Source: Polyangiaceae bacterium | GTDB taxonomy: Bacteria; Myxococcota_A; Polyangia; Polyangiales; Polyangiaceae | Direction: 5' to 3' | DNA length: 64,000 bases | Assembly (NCBI GenBank): GCA_050287085.1 | Contig: JBNKBE010000004.1 | Span: 192,288 to 256,287 of the forward strand | In this document: piece after piece, positions 17,998-27,772 of the stretch | Layout: every line of letters begins with the position of its first letter | Position numbering within the stretch: position 1 is the first letter of the stretch | The notes under the pieces: generated by a model | Databases searched by the model: none | The model's input: the letters and a program-made list of their open reading frames with translations, nothing else | Told to the model about the DNA's origin: nothing | Made by a program: the position numbers and the translations under genes

Positions 17998-19743
17998 GTG
18001 TCGCATTGGGTTCTGGGTCTAAATACGCATCATGGGGACGCGGCCGCTGCGTTGGTGGGTCCGGACGGCCCGATTGCAGCTGTCGCTGAAGAGCGACTGA
18101 ACCGCATCAAGCACTTCGCGGGCTTTCCGTCCCTCGCCGTTGCGGAGGTATTGCGCATTGCTGGTTGCCGTCCGTCCGAGCTTGCAGCGATTGCGGTCGC
18201 TCGTTCACCCCGAGCCAATCTGGGAGCCAAGGCGCGCTTCGTGGCAAGTCACGCCAGTCGGGCGCTTCGCCTGGCGCACGAACGCCTCGGAGTGCATCGC
18301 GCTACGGGCGATGGCATTCGCGCGGAGGTGGCGCGCGCGCTCGGCGTCCCCGAGGCGCAGCTCCAAGCCCGCGTGTATCGCGTCGAGCATCACCTCGCCC
18401 ATGTTGCGAGCGCCTTCTACTGGTCTCCATTTCAGCGGGCCGGGGCCCTTTCAGTGGACGGCGCTGGGGACTTCGCAACCGCGCTTTGGGCCTTGGGCGA
18501 AGGGGATCGCATCGGGGTCCTAGCCCGCAATCATTGGCCCCACTCCCTCGGGATCTTCTATAGCGCCTTGTGCCAGTTCATCGGCTTCGACCAATACGGC
18601 GAAGAATTCAAGGTCATGGGCCTGGCCGCGTATGGCCGGCCGAGGTATCTGCCGTTGCTCCGGGAGCTGGTTGCGTTTTCACCGGAGCGAGGTTTGCGGC
18701 TGAACCTCAAGTACTTCGTTCATCAGCTGCGCATCGCGGGCGATGCGGTGATCGACGGTCGGGTGCAGAGCGCGCAGCATTACGGTCCACGCATGAGCGA
18801 ATTGCTGGGCCAGCCGCGCAAGCGTGGCGACGCGCTGGAAGAACGCCACGCCGACATCGCAGCATCCATGCAGGCGCGCTACGAGGAGGTGTTTTGCCAG
18901 ATGGTCGAATACCTCACTGCACGCACTCAGACGCGTGAGCTCGTGTTTGCGGGGGGGTGTGCTTTGAATTCGGTGGCCAATGGTCGCATGCTGCGTGAAC
19001 GTTACGCCGACCGCGTGTATTTTCAGCCCGCAGCCACCGACGATGGAACGGCGATGGGCGCGGCTCATTTCGTGTTGCACCAGAAGCTCGGAGTGCCGCG
19101 AGGGCGTGCCGTCGAACATGCGTATTGGGGGAGTTCTGCCGATGAAAGAGCCATTGCCGAGGCCCTAAGCGCGCAAGCGCGACCCTGGCAGCGTCTGTCA
19201 GAGGACGACTTGATCACGCGCGTCGTGGAGGCGCTCGCAGGCGGGCGGATCGTGGGTTGGTTCCAAGGACGCGAGGAGTGGGGGCCGAGGGCGCTGGGCA
19301 ACCGCAGCATCCTCTGCAATCCGGCTTGGCCAGGAATGAAGGCGACGTTGAATGCCCGCATCAAGAATCGAGAGGCTTTCCGTCCTTTTGCTCCGGCGAT
19401 TCGAGAGGAGGACCTGACGGAAGTGTTCGAAGGCACCCATCCGGTTCCGTTCATGATCATCGTTTACGCCGTGCGCCACCAATGGCGTCAGCGCCTGCCG
19501 GCGATCACCCACGAGGATGGAAGCGGGCGGGTCCAAACCGTCTCTGAGCGCAGCAATCCACTGTTCTGGAAGCTGCTGGGGGCGTTTCGCGCGAGCACAG
19601 GTGTTCCCACATTGCTCAACACCTCCTTCAACGAGAACGAACCGATCGTTCACACCCCGGCCCAGGCCCTGGATTGTTTCGAGCGCACGCAGATGGACGC
19701 CCTGGCCATCGGGCCCTATTGGCTCGAAAAGACGGCGCGCTAG
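17998..19743 (+). CDS. Carbamoyltransferase (NodU/CmcH family)
   Basis: HGDAAAA, EERLNRIKH, EHHLAH, VDGAGD, KVMGLAAYG, GGCALN, EWGPRALGNRS, FRPFAP, LLNTSFN. Confidence 0.95.
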   Translation: MSHWVLGLNTHHGDAAAALVGPDGPIAAVAEERLNRIKHFAGFPSLAVAEVLRIAGCRPSELAAIAVARSPRANLGAKARFVASHASRALRLAHERLGVHRATGDGIRAEVARALGVPEAQLQARVYRVEHHLAHVASAFYWSPFQRAGALSVDGAGDFATALWALGEGDRIGVLARNHWPHSLGIFYSALCQFIGFDQYGEEFKVMGLAAYGRPRYLPLLRELVAFSPERGLRLNLKYFVHQLRIAGDAVIDGRVQSAQHYGPRMSELLGQPRKRGDALEERHADIAASMQARYEEVFCQMVEYLTARTQTRELVFAGGCALNSVANGRMLRERYADRVYFQPAATDDGTAMGAAHFVLHQKLGVPRGRAVEHAYWGSSADERAIAEALSAQARPWQRLSEDDLITRVVEALAGGRIVGWFQGREEWGPRALGNRSILCNPAWPGMKATLNARIKNREAFRPFAPAIREEDLTEVFEGTHPVPFMIIVYAVRHQWRQRLPAITHEDGSGRVQTVSERSNPLFWKLLGAFRASTGVPTLLNTSFNENEPIVHTPAQALDCFERTQMDALAIGPYWLEKTAR

Positions 19744-19765
19744 GCATCGCGATCGGTGACGAGGG

Positions 19766-19798
19766 CCCCCTGCCCCCTGCCCCCTGCCCCCTGCCCCC
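19766..19798. repeat. 7-bp tandem repeat (CCCCCTG)4-CCCCC
   Basis: Five C5 tracts separated by TG, between convergent genes. Confidence 0.9.
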
Positions 19799-19866
19799 GC
19801 AAGCGGGTGAGTGGCGGGGCTCAGAGCGGCGGCCGAGGGCTGGGCACCGCTTGACCCCCGTTGGCA

Positions 19867-22083
19867 CTAGTTGCGGCGCAAGCGTGGCGGCGGCGCGCCT
19901 CGGCTCTCCGCCCACAGGTGTACCATGTCGGCCAGTTCGGCCAGGAGTGCCTCGCTCGAGTCCACCCAGAACTCAGCCGCGCGAGAAGGAGCCCCCACCC
20001 AACACAAGACGCGCCTGCACTCGGATTCGTTGAGTTCGTTCATCATATCCTCGTCCGTGCGATCGTCACCAGCACAGAAGACGACGTCATTGTCGGCGTG
20101 AAGCGCTAGCAGTTCAGCCACAGCATGTCCTTTGGTGACGGTACTCGGCCGTACCTCGACGACCTTGTTGCCGCGCAATACGGAATAGGGGTGCCCGCGA
20201 AGGACCTCCTCCAGCTCATTGAGTAATTCGCGAGCCTGAATGGTCGCGAGCTCTGGCTCCGCGGAACGATAGTGCCATGCGATCGATGCCTGCTTGCTCT
20301 CGATACTGGCGCCTGGCGTTCTTCGACAATACTCCTCGAACAGAGTCATGACTCGCTCGAGCGCTCCGAGCCCAGCGGAGAATCGTTGTCGCCACTTCCC
20401 ACCGTGTTCACGAATCGCCAGACCGTGCTCACAGACGAGTCCGATCGGGAGCTCGCCGAGCCATTGTTCCAGAGTGTCGCCTGGCCGCCCGCTGACGACG
20501 TACACCGTCGCGTAGGCCGCGAGCTCGCGCAGCACTGAGCGAATCCGCGGCGTTGGGGCAGCGGCCATGGGTTTGCTCTCGTAGCCGCGAAGCGTTCCGT
20601 CGTAGTCTAGGAAGACGATGGGACGTTTGGCTTGCGCGAGTCGAGAGCGAGCGGGTTCGTCATTCACTCGGAGCCGGATCGCTGAAGGGTGCTCTTCTTC
20701 ACGTGTTGCTTCGAGTGCTTTGAGGCATCGATCGGCCCAACGCTGCGAGGTGTTCTCGTTGATGAAGTCCAGCATGTGGGTCGAGTCTGGGCGTTGATTG
20801 GCAAGTTCTTCAGCGAGTACCCGCGCGACTTGAGTGCTGTTGTACGGATTGACCAAGCGCGCTCCCGGGAGCAGATATGCCGCGCCCGCGAACTCGCTCA
20901 GGATTAGACTCCCCCCCTGTCTGCCGCGCGCCGCGATATACTCCATGGCCACCAGATTCATGCCGTCGCGAATGGGTGTTACCAGGGCGATGTCTGCCGC
21001 TTGGTACATCCCTGCCAGCCGCGCGCGGGTGACGCTCTGATTGACATAAACAACGGGCGTGTGACTGGGGGAGCCATAACGTCCATTGATATTGCCCACG
21101 AGCTCCGCCACCTTGCGCTTGAGGGCCTGATACTCATCGACGTTCTCTCGCGACGGTGCGGCAATCTGAAGCAGCACACAGCTCTTCCGATACTTGGGGT
21201 GAGCACGAAGTAGCTCTTCGAATGCGAGCAGCTTCTCCACGATTCCTTTTGTGTAGTCGAGGCGGTCGACACCGATGATCAGCTTCTTCCCGCTGTAGGC
21301 CGCTTTGAGCGCCACCAGTTCGTCGCTTGCCTCGCGCGACGTGGTTAGGTCGCGCACTTCAGCTGGGTCGATGCCGATGGGCTGAACGCCGATGACCACT
21401 TTGCGAGAGCCCACTCGTATGGCGTCTATTTGGCTGTCAAGGCCGAGAACTCGCAGACACGACTTTCGAAAGTGGCTGACGTATTCGTAGGCGTGAAAGC
21501 CCAGGTAGTCGGCGCCCAAGAGTCCCCGCAACACGGCCTCGCGCACCGGCAGCGTGCGGTAGATTTCTGATGAGGGAAAAGGAATGTGAAGAAAGAAGCC
21601 AATAGGGCAAGTCACCCCCCGCTGACGTAACAGCTGCGGAACGAGGCACAGCTGGTAGTCGTGGATCCACACGCTGTCCGAGGAGCGCGCGGCCGCGGCG
21701 ATGGCGTCAGCAAAGCGCTCGTTCACGGCTCTGTAGGCGCGAAAGTAGTGCTGCCGGTAGCTCGTTAGATCCGTCAAGCCATGAAACAATGGCCAAAGCA
21801 CGCGATTGCTGAATCCTTCGTAGAATCCCTCGATGTCCGCCTTGGACAAGAATACCGGATGATATCCTGCTGCCGCGAGCTGCCCGGAGAGTTCGTTTCG
21901 GTCTGCGTCGGGAATTGATGTCCCGGGCCAGCCGAACCATTCGAATCCGCTTTGTTCTGCGACGGGCGCCAGGGCCGTGACGAGTCCTCCCGCCGATGGC
22001 CGGCTTTCCCAGCGCTCGCCTTTCCGCTGCAGGGTGATCGGTAAGCGGGTGGAGGCCACGATCAGTTTTCCTTCCGACGTCAT
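19867..22083 (-). CDS. Bifunctional trehalose-6-phosphate synthase/phosphatase (OtsA-OtsB fusion)
   Basis: [42 protein letters not shown] motifs FLDYDGTL and GDDRTDED. Confidence 0.95.
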   Translation of the reverse strand: MTSEGKLIVASTRLPITLQRKGERWESRPSAGGLVTALAPVAEQSGFEWFGWPGTSIPDADRNELSGQLAAAGYHPVFLSKADIEGFYEGFSNRVLWPLFHGLTDLTSYRQHYFRAYRAVNERFADAIAAAARSSDSVWIHDYQLCLVPQLLRQRGVTCPIGFFLHIPFPSSEIYRTLPVREAVLRGLLGADYLGFHAYEYVSHFRKSCLRVLGLDSQIDAIRVGSRKVVIGVQPIGIDPAEVRDLTTSREASDELVALKAAYSGKKLIIGVDRLDYTKGIVEKLLAFEELLRAHPKYRKSCVLLQIAAPSRENVDEYQALKRKVAELVGNINGRYGSPSHTPVVYVNQSVTRARLAGMYQAADIALVTPIRDGMNLVAMEYIAARGRQGGSLILSEFAGAAYLLPGARLVNPYNSTQVARVLAEELANQRPDSTHMLDFINENTSQRWADRCLKALEATREEEHPSAIRLRVNDEPARSRLAQAKRPIVFLDYDGTLRGYESKPMAAAPTPRIRSVLRELAAYATVYVVSGRPGDTLEQWLGELPIGLVCEHGLAIREHGGKWRQRFSAGLGALERVMTLFEEYCRRTPGASIESKQASIAWHYRSAEPELATIQARELLNELEEVLRGHPYSVLRGNKVVEVRPSTVTKGHAVAELLALHADNDVVFCAGDDRTDEDMMNELNESECRRVLCWVGAPSRAAEFWVDSSEALLAELADMVHLWAESRGAPPPRLRRN

Positions 22084-22253
22084 CAGAGCAGTGTCACATA
22101 CCGCATCGCATTCGGGTACTTCCTTGCCGTCAAGGGCCGTTCCAGTATCAAGAAAACCGCGACGGACGGTTCAGTCGGCATCGAGCGGGGCGAGTGAAAT
22201 GAACTCCAATTCTTCTTGCCGCGCCGCGCACGTTCGCGCCTGAATGAGCTGAT

Positions 22254-24026
22254 ATGAAGCTCGCCCTCATTGGCAACTGCGCCTACCAGGCATTGATCGA
22301 TGACCAAGCGAACGTCGCCTGGCTGTGTTGGCCTCGCTTCGACTCATCGTTCGTATTTGGCTCACTCCTCGATGAGGAGCGAGGTGGGGCATTCGGGATC
22401 CAGCCCGCTGAGACGGAGTTCTCGAGCGAGCAGGCGTACGTTCCGAATACCAACATCTTGCGCACGGTATTTCGCAGCGCGTCCGGCTCCTTCGAGGTGC
22501 TGGACTTTGCGCCGCGTTTTCGCCAGCACGACCGCTTCTTCAAGCCGACCCAGTTGATGCGGATCGTGCGCCCGATAGCCGGTGATCCACAGGTGCGCGT
22601 TACGCTGCGACCCACAGGGGACTACGGACGTCGCGCGCTAACGCCGCGGCTGGCGAGCAATCATATTGCCTTTACGGTTGATGCCGCCGAGTTGCGTCTG
22701 ACCGCGGATGTGCCCCTCAACTACATCGTTGAGTCACGACCCTTTCTGCTCGATCGCCCGGCCCATCTGGCTTTGACATGGAACGCGCCGCTAGAGGCTC
22801 CGCTTCAGGAAACCGTGGACACGTTCTACGAGCGCACCAAAGCCTACTGGGAACGATGGGTGAAACACACGAGCCTTCCTGGTGTATTTCAGACCCAGGT
22901 CATCCGTTCCGCGCTCGTGTTGAAGTTGCACCAATTCGAGGATACGGGTGCCATCACCGCCGCGAGTACCACGAGCTTGCCAGAGGAACACGGTGCAGGG
23001 CGCAATTGGGACTACCGATTTTGCTGGATCCGAGACTCGTACTTCACACTTCGGGCGATGCGGCGCCTCGGACATTTCGAAGAACTGGAAGAGTTCGTTG
23101 GCTTTCTCAAGAACGTTGCCAGCGCAAGTCATGAGCGGCTGCAGCCCGTCTACAGTATTACCGGTGAGAGCAAGCTCAGTGAGGTGGAACTGGAGCATCT
23201 AGCTGGCTACAAGGGCAATCGCCCTGTGCGGGCCGGCAACGCCGCTTACGTCCAGGTTCAGAACGACGCGTATGGCGAGATGCTGGCTAGCATTGCCCCT
23301 TTGCTTCTGGATATTCGCTTCTTTGCATCGGGCGGGCGACGCGACCACACGATTCGCCTGGTTCATCGCTTGCTTCGCCGAATCGACGAGGTGATGGAGG
23401 AGCCAGATGCGGGCCTGTGGGAGTATCGCGGGCGGGAACGGGTTCACACCTTTACCTTGCTGTTGCATTGGACGGGAGCGCGTGTGGCGGAACGAATCGG
23501 AGAGGCTATCGGCGATCCTTCCTTGACCGTCCATGCAACGGAGCTCAGGCGCCGCGCCGAGACACTGCTCGAAAGCGCGTTTGTGGTTGAAGATGGCTTC
23601 TACGGAGAGGCCACCACGGCGGCGGATCCGGACGCATCGTTGTTCATGATGGTCAACCTTGGCTACCTTCGCCCGCAGGATCCCAAGGCGCTCTCGCACG
23701 TTCGTGCCTTGGCTTCTCGGCTATCGGTTCGCAATGGTTTGATGCAGCGCTACCGTCATGAGGACGACTTTGGTCAGTCGACAAGCACCTTCACCGTGTG
23801 CGGCTTTTGGTACGCTGAGGCTCTAGCGCGGCTCGGGCAGACAAGCGAAGCGAGGGCCGTCTGCGAACGTCTGCTCAGCTATGCCAATCACGTTGGCCTA
23901 TTCAGTGAAGACCTCGACCCAGATACTGGCGAGCAACTCGGCAACTTCCCTCAGACGTATTCTCATGTCGGCTTGATCAACGCCGCCTTCGCCATCGCGC
24001 CGACGCTCGAGGAGCTGGAGCGCTAG
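22254..24026 (+). CDS. Glycoside hydrolase family 15 (trehalase/glucoamylase-like)
   Basis: ALIGNC, WLCWPRFDS, TTSLPE, RNWDYRFCWIRD, PDAGLWE, GLFSED, GNFPQTYSH. Confidence 0.93.
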   Translation: MKLALIGNCAYQALIDDQANVAWLCWPRFDSSFVFGSLLDEERGGAFGIQPAETEFSSEQAYVPNTNILRTVFRSASGSFEVLDFAPRFRQHDRFFKPTQLMRIVRPIAGDPQVRVTLRPTGDYGRRALTPRLASNHIAFTVDAAELRLTADVPLNYIVESRPFLLDRPAHLALTWNAPLEAPLQETVDTFYERTKAYWERWVKHTSLPGVFQTQVIRSALVLKLHQFEDTGAITAASTTSLPEEHGAGRNWDYRFCWIRDSYFTLRAMRRLGHFEELEEFVGFLKNVASASHERLQPVYSITGESKLSEVELEHLAGYKGNRPVRAGNAAYVQVQNDAYGEMLASIAPLLLDIRFFASGGRRDHTIRLVHRLLRRIDEVMEEPDAGLWEYRGRERVHTFTLLLHWTGARVAERIGEAIGDPSLTVHATELRRRAETLLESAFVVEDGFYGEATTAADPDASLFMMVNLGYLRPQDPKALSHVRALASRLSVRNGLMQRYRHEDDFGQSTSTFTVCGFWYAEALARLGQTSEARAVCERLLSYANHVGLFSEDLDPDTGEQLGNFPQTYSHVGLINAAFAIAPTLEELER

Positions 24027-24086
24027 ATCACCTTGCGCGCCTCTTGTACGCGGGCTGCGGACTGGGGTTGGCCCCGGAGTCTCGGC

Positions 24087-25202
24087 TCAGCCGAGGTACC
24101 CGTAGAAGCCTCGCACGACTCGGACAACCTCGTCTTGCGCTGCGTGACTCAGCTCGGGGTAGAGCGGCAAAGAGAGAGCTTCCTTGCTGCGCGCTTCGGC
24201 GTAGGGGAAGTCACCTGGAGCGTAGCCTAGGTGACGCAGCGCCGGCTGGAGGTGAAGAGGCGTCGGGTAATACACGCGCGCCTCTATTCCCGCTAGCTTC
24301 AGCGTTTCTGCCAAAGCGTCGCGACGTTCAAGGGCGCGCACCGTATAGAGGCTGTAGGAGGGCTGCTCCCCAGGGTTCGCGCGGGGGACTGCCAGCTCGG
24401 CTACATCGCCCAGGGCGTCCGTATAGCGTTCTGCCAGGGTGCGGGCGCGAGCAAGACGCCCCTCGAGATATCTCAACTTGATGCGAAGAAGAGCGGCCTG
24501 GAGCTCGTCAAGCCGGTAGTTGCCACCGAGTTGCACATGCTTATGGGGCTCGGCCGCGCCGTGACGCCGGACGCGTTCGACACCCAGCGCAAGCGAGTCG
24601 ATATCGGTCGTGACTGCTCCCCCGTCGCCGAACCCGCCCAGAGACTTTGTGGGAAAGAAGGAGAACGCGGCGGCATGCCCCAACGTGCCCACTGCTCCGC
24701 TCGGCGCCCGCGCGCCCAGCGCTTGGGCGGCATCTTCGAGCAATAGCACGTCGCGGCGTTGGGCCCAGCTGAGCAACGGCTCAAAGGGTGCCGGCTGCCC
24801 GAAGAGGTGCACGACGACGACCGCGCTGGCCTCGCCGCTAGCCACGACGGCGCGCGGATCCAGCGAGAATGAGTTCGCTTCCACGTCGGCAAAAACGGGA
24901 TGCAGGCCAGCGCGCACGATGGCGGAAACCGTCGCAATGAAGGTAAACGGCGTGGTGACGACGCGGGAGCCCGGCGGGAGTTCGGCCGAGAGCAAGGCGG
25001 CTGTAATGGCGTCGGTGCCGCTGGAAACACCTAAGGCTCGACCTACTCCCAGCGTTGCGGCGAGCTCTCGCTCGAAGAGTTCGAGCTCTGGACCCAGGAT
25101 CCACTGTCCGCTTTGAATTACCCGAGTCGCGGCGGCCGTCAACTCGGCTTCCAGAGGGCCAGCGGCCGCACAAAGATCGAAAAGAGGAATGCGAAAGGCC
25201 AC
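24087..25202 (-). CDS. DegT/DnrJ/EryC1/StrS PLP-dependent sugar aminotransferase (WbpE-like)
   Basis: SSGTDA, TPFTFIAT, HLFGQ, EDAAQALG, FSFFPTKSLGGFGDGG, NYRLDELQAA. Confidence 0.93.
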   Translation of the reverse strand: MAFRIPLFDLCAAAGPLEAELTAAATRVIQSGQWILGPELELFERELAATLGVGRALGVSSGTDAITAALLSAELPPGSRVVTTPFTFIATVSAIVRAGLHPVFADVEANSFSLDPRAVVASGEASAVVVVHLFGQPAPFEPLLSWAQRRDVLLLEDAAQALGARAPSGAVGTLGHAAAFSFFPTKSLGGFGDGGAVTTDIDSLALGVERVRRHGAAEPHKHVQLGGNYRLDELQAALLRIKLRYLEGRLARARTLAERYTDALGDVAELAVPRANPGEQPSYSLYTVRALERRDALAETLKLAGIEARVYYPTPLHLQPALRHLGYAPGDFPYAEARSKEALSLPLYPELSHAAQDEVVRVVRGFYGYLG

Positions 25203-25219
25203 GTGGGAGCCTTACACGA

Positions 25220-27703
25220 TCACGGGGGACTGCCAACGGCGGAGAGATGAAGCGCAGCCGACTTCAGGTCTTCGGGGATCTTGGCTTCCAGGCGGTCGAG
25301 CTCGGCCATCGCTTTGAGAGCCTTGTCGCTTCGTCGAAGCGACAAGCCAAGGCGCAAGACCCGCACCCATCGCTCGGGACTGCGGGAGATCGTGGCCGCC
25401 CGTTCGAAATGCTGCAAAGCGAGGTCGGGTCTATCCGCCGCCTGCAGCAGCGAGCCCATCTGCTCGTGGCTCCGGACACACTCCTTGGCTCGCGTGCAGC
25501 TCAGCAGTTCGATAGTGCTTTCGGGTAAGCGGGTGTCGCCGTCGCGCCGTGGCAAGCGAACGGCAAGGCGAAACAGCTGCCACCAACAGGGTAGAGCTTC
25601 CGCGCGCCGCGGACACTTCTCAGACAGCAGCTGAAGGGCGGCTGCGTCCTGCCCGCGGTGGGATAGCAACATGGCCCGCGCTCGAATCGCATCCACGCTG
25701 TCGTGGGGTGTTTCGGCTGCGGTTTCCGCGATCTGCTCACAGGAGCTCTGGGCTGCCGCCTGGCATTCCTCGGGCTCGGATTCGAGCGCCAACGCAGTCA
25801 GCTCTAGACGCAGGCTGCCCGTTCGATCCTGTTGCCCCAAGGCAGCCATGAGCGCGGTCAGGCGGTCGGTTCGGGTTGCGAGGCGTGGAGCCAGCTGTCG
25901 ATATACGGTGGCCGCGGCAGCGCCCGACCAGGGCACGCGAACGGCGTCAGCCCCCAACAGGGCATACGCCACCCTGGCGACTTGTTTAGCTAAGCCAGGC
26001 TCGGCTTCTGCGGCGCGTTTCAGCGCTGCGACGGCAGAGCTTCGCTTGTTGTGGGAAGCGAGCTGTTGGGCGAGCAAGAGCCAAGTTCGCCCATCTTCAG
26101 GGGCCCGCTGCAAGGTCCAATTGAGCCAGGCGAGGCGGTTGGGCGCCCTATCGCGTGCGGCAGCAAGTGCAGCCAAGCGCAGGACATAAGGGTCCGCTGG
26201 ATGCTGCGCGACCCACGGTCGAACGGTCTCTTGGCTTCTTCCGTTGGGGGCGTTGTCAAGCGCTTCGGCCATCGCGGCGCGGGCGTCCCGTATCGGGGGA
26301 CTCAGGTGGAGCAATCCGAGACCGCTCAATACCGCGCAGCACCACAGCAGCCCGCGTTGCCAACGAGGAGAAGGGCTGATGGCGAGGAGGTAGCGCTCAT
26401 GAGCGAGCGTTGCGGCCAGAAGGGTGACTCCGAATAGACCGACCCCAAAGAGTTCGGTCCCCAAATCGAGAAGATTCTGTAGCCACCAAGCGCTGCAGCC
26501 AAACCACAGCGCCAGCGCGGCCGACGAGCGGTGTGCGTGTCGCAGGCAATAGCCCGTCGCGCTTCCCAACGCGACCACCAGCATCGCCGCGATGGGGAGA
26601 CCCCAGCTGACGGCCGCTTCGACAACGAAGTTTTCAGCGTATTCGAAGGATTGGCTGCCGGCCGCAGGCAGGTAGGGCGCGGCGGCTGCATAGAAGCCGC
26701 CCCGCCCCGCGCCCAGCCAGGAAAAGTCCGCGCTCGCGCGCAGCCCAGCCCTGAGCAGGTCCAACTTATCCGTCCGCTCGTCTAGTAGGAGACCGCGAAC
26801 CCGTACGAAGATCAGCGCCGCCAGTCCCAGAGCTCCGGCTAAGCCCGCGAGCCCCGGACGCAGGGCGCGCCAGCTCCGTCGAGTGTAGAACTCACGCGTC
26901 AGCGCCGCCAAAGCCCCCAACGCTAGCAGGGCGGTCGCCGCGCGCGAGCCGCTGAGCACAGCGCCCGCGCCCAGAAAAGCGACTGCCACTCCGTACAGAG
27001 CGCGGGCTTTGGGTCCCGCCCGGCGCGCGCTCGCAAGCCCGAGGGCTATCAAAGCGCTGGCTGTTAGAACGCCGCCTAGATTGTTGGCGTTCATCAGCGG
27101 CGCGACGAGCGAGGAGCGCTTCGGAGTGTACAGCCCGAATACACGTTCAGCCCCGACGAGCAAGTGTATGACCGTGAGGCTTCCCACCAGCAGACCGACC
27201 GCTACGATCCAGCGAGCCAGGAGCTGTCCTTCCCGGACTTTGCGGTACTCCCCCACCACAGCGGCCCACAACGCGTAGGTGGTCAGCCGCTGCGCATCCT
27301 GCCAAGCGGCGTCTTGTTCCAGGGCCAGACTTGCGAAGTGGGGCTTGTCGCCCAGCAGAGCCCAGGTGTGCACCTTCACTTGCACCGCGTGCGCGTCGAG
27401 CGCCGTCCACCATCCGATGGGCAGAGGCAGCGCGCCGAGCGCGGTCCATAGCGCCAGCAGCAGAAATACCACGCTGACACCGCCCAGACTCAGGCGTCGC
27501 TGCCAAAGCAGATAGCCGGCCGTGGCAATGACCCAGAGACTCTGGACCACACGTGCGGCAGGGGTCACCCCGCCGAGGAGCAGCAGAAAAAGCCCGATTC
27601 CCCCGGCCACGAGACCGTCGAGAACCCACCCCTTCCCCCATCTCCTTGTGGCAAACGTCAGCACACTCCCAGTAATCCGCGACTGTACCAGCTTCTGCGG
27701 CAA
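25220..27703 (-). CDS. O-antigen ligase/Wzy-like membrane protein with C-terminal TPR-like helices (start uncertain)
   Basis: Many hydrophobic TM segments, NANNLG, SGSRA, GAGRGGF, YAEN..E; helical repeat C-terminus. Confidence 0.72.
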   Translation of the reverse strand: MPQKLVQSRITGSVLTFATRRWGKGWVLDGLVAGGIGLFLLLLGGVTPAARVVQSLWVIATAGYLLWQRRLSLGGVSVVFLLLALWTALGALPLPIGWWTALDAHAVQVKVHTWALLGDKPHFASLALEQDAAWQDAQRLTTYALWAAVVGEYRKVREGQLLARWIVAVGLLVGSLTVIHLLVGAERVFGLYTPKRSSLVAPLMNANNLGGVLTASALIALGLASARRAGPKARALYGVAVAFLGAGAVLSGSRAATALLALGALAALTREFYTRRSWRALRPGLAGLAGALGLAALIFVRVRGLLLDERTDKLDLLRAGLRASADFSWLGAGRGGFYAAAAPYLPAAGSQSFEYAENFVVEAAVSWGLPIAAMLVVALGSATGYCLRHAHRSSAALALWFGCSAWWLQNLLDLGTELFGVGLFGVTLLAATLAHERYLLAISPSPRWQRGLLWCCAVLSGLGLLHLSPPIRDARAAMAEALDNAPNGRSQETVRPWVAQHPADPYVLRLAALAAARDRAPNRLAWLNWTLQRAPEDGRTWLLLAQQLASHNKRSSAVAALKRAAEAEPGLAKQVARVAYALLGADAVRVPWSGAAAATVYRQLAPRLATRTDRLTALMAALGQQDRTGSLRLELTALALESEPEECQAAAQSSCEQIAETAAETPHDSVDAIRARAMLLSHRGQDAAALQLLSEKCPRRAEALPCWWQLFRLAVRLPRRDGDTRLPESTIELLSCTRAKECVRSHEQMGSLLQAADRPDLALQHFERAATISRSPERWVRVLRLGLSLRRSDKALKAMAELDRLEAKIPEDLKSAALHLSAVGSPP

Positions 27704-27772
27704 AGCGTGAAGGGATTGGCGGGATTGTCAATCCGACCGCATGGTGTACGCTTCGCTCAGACGACAATCCGC

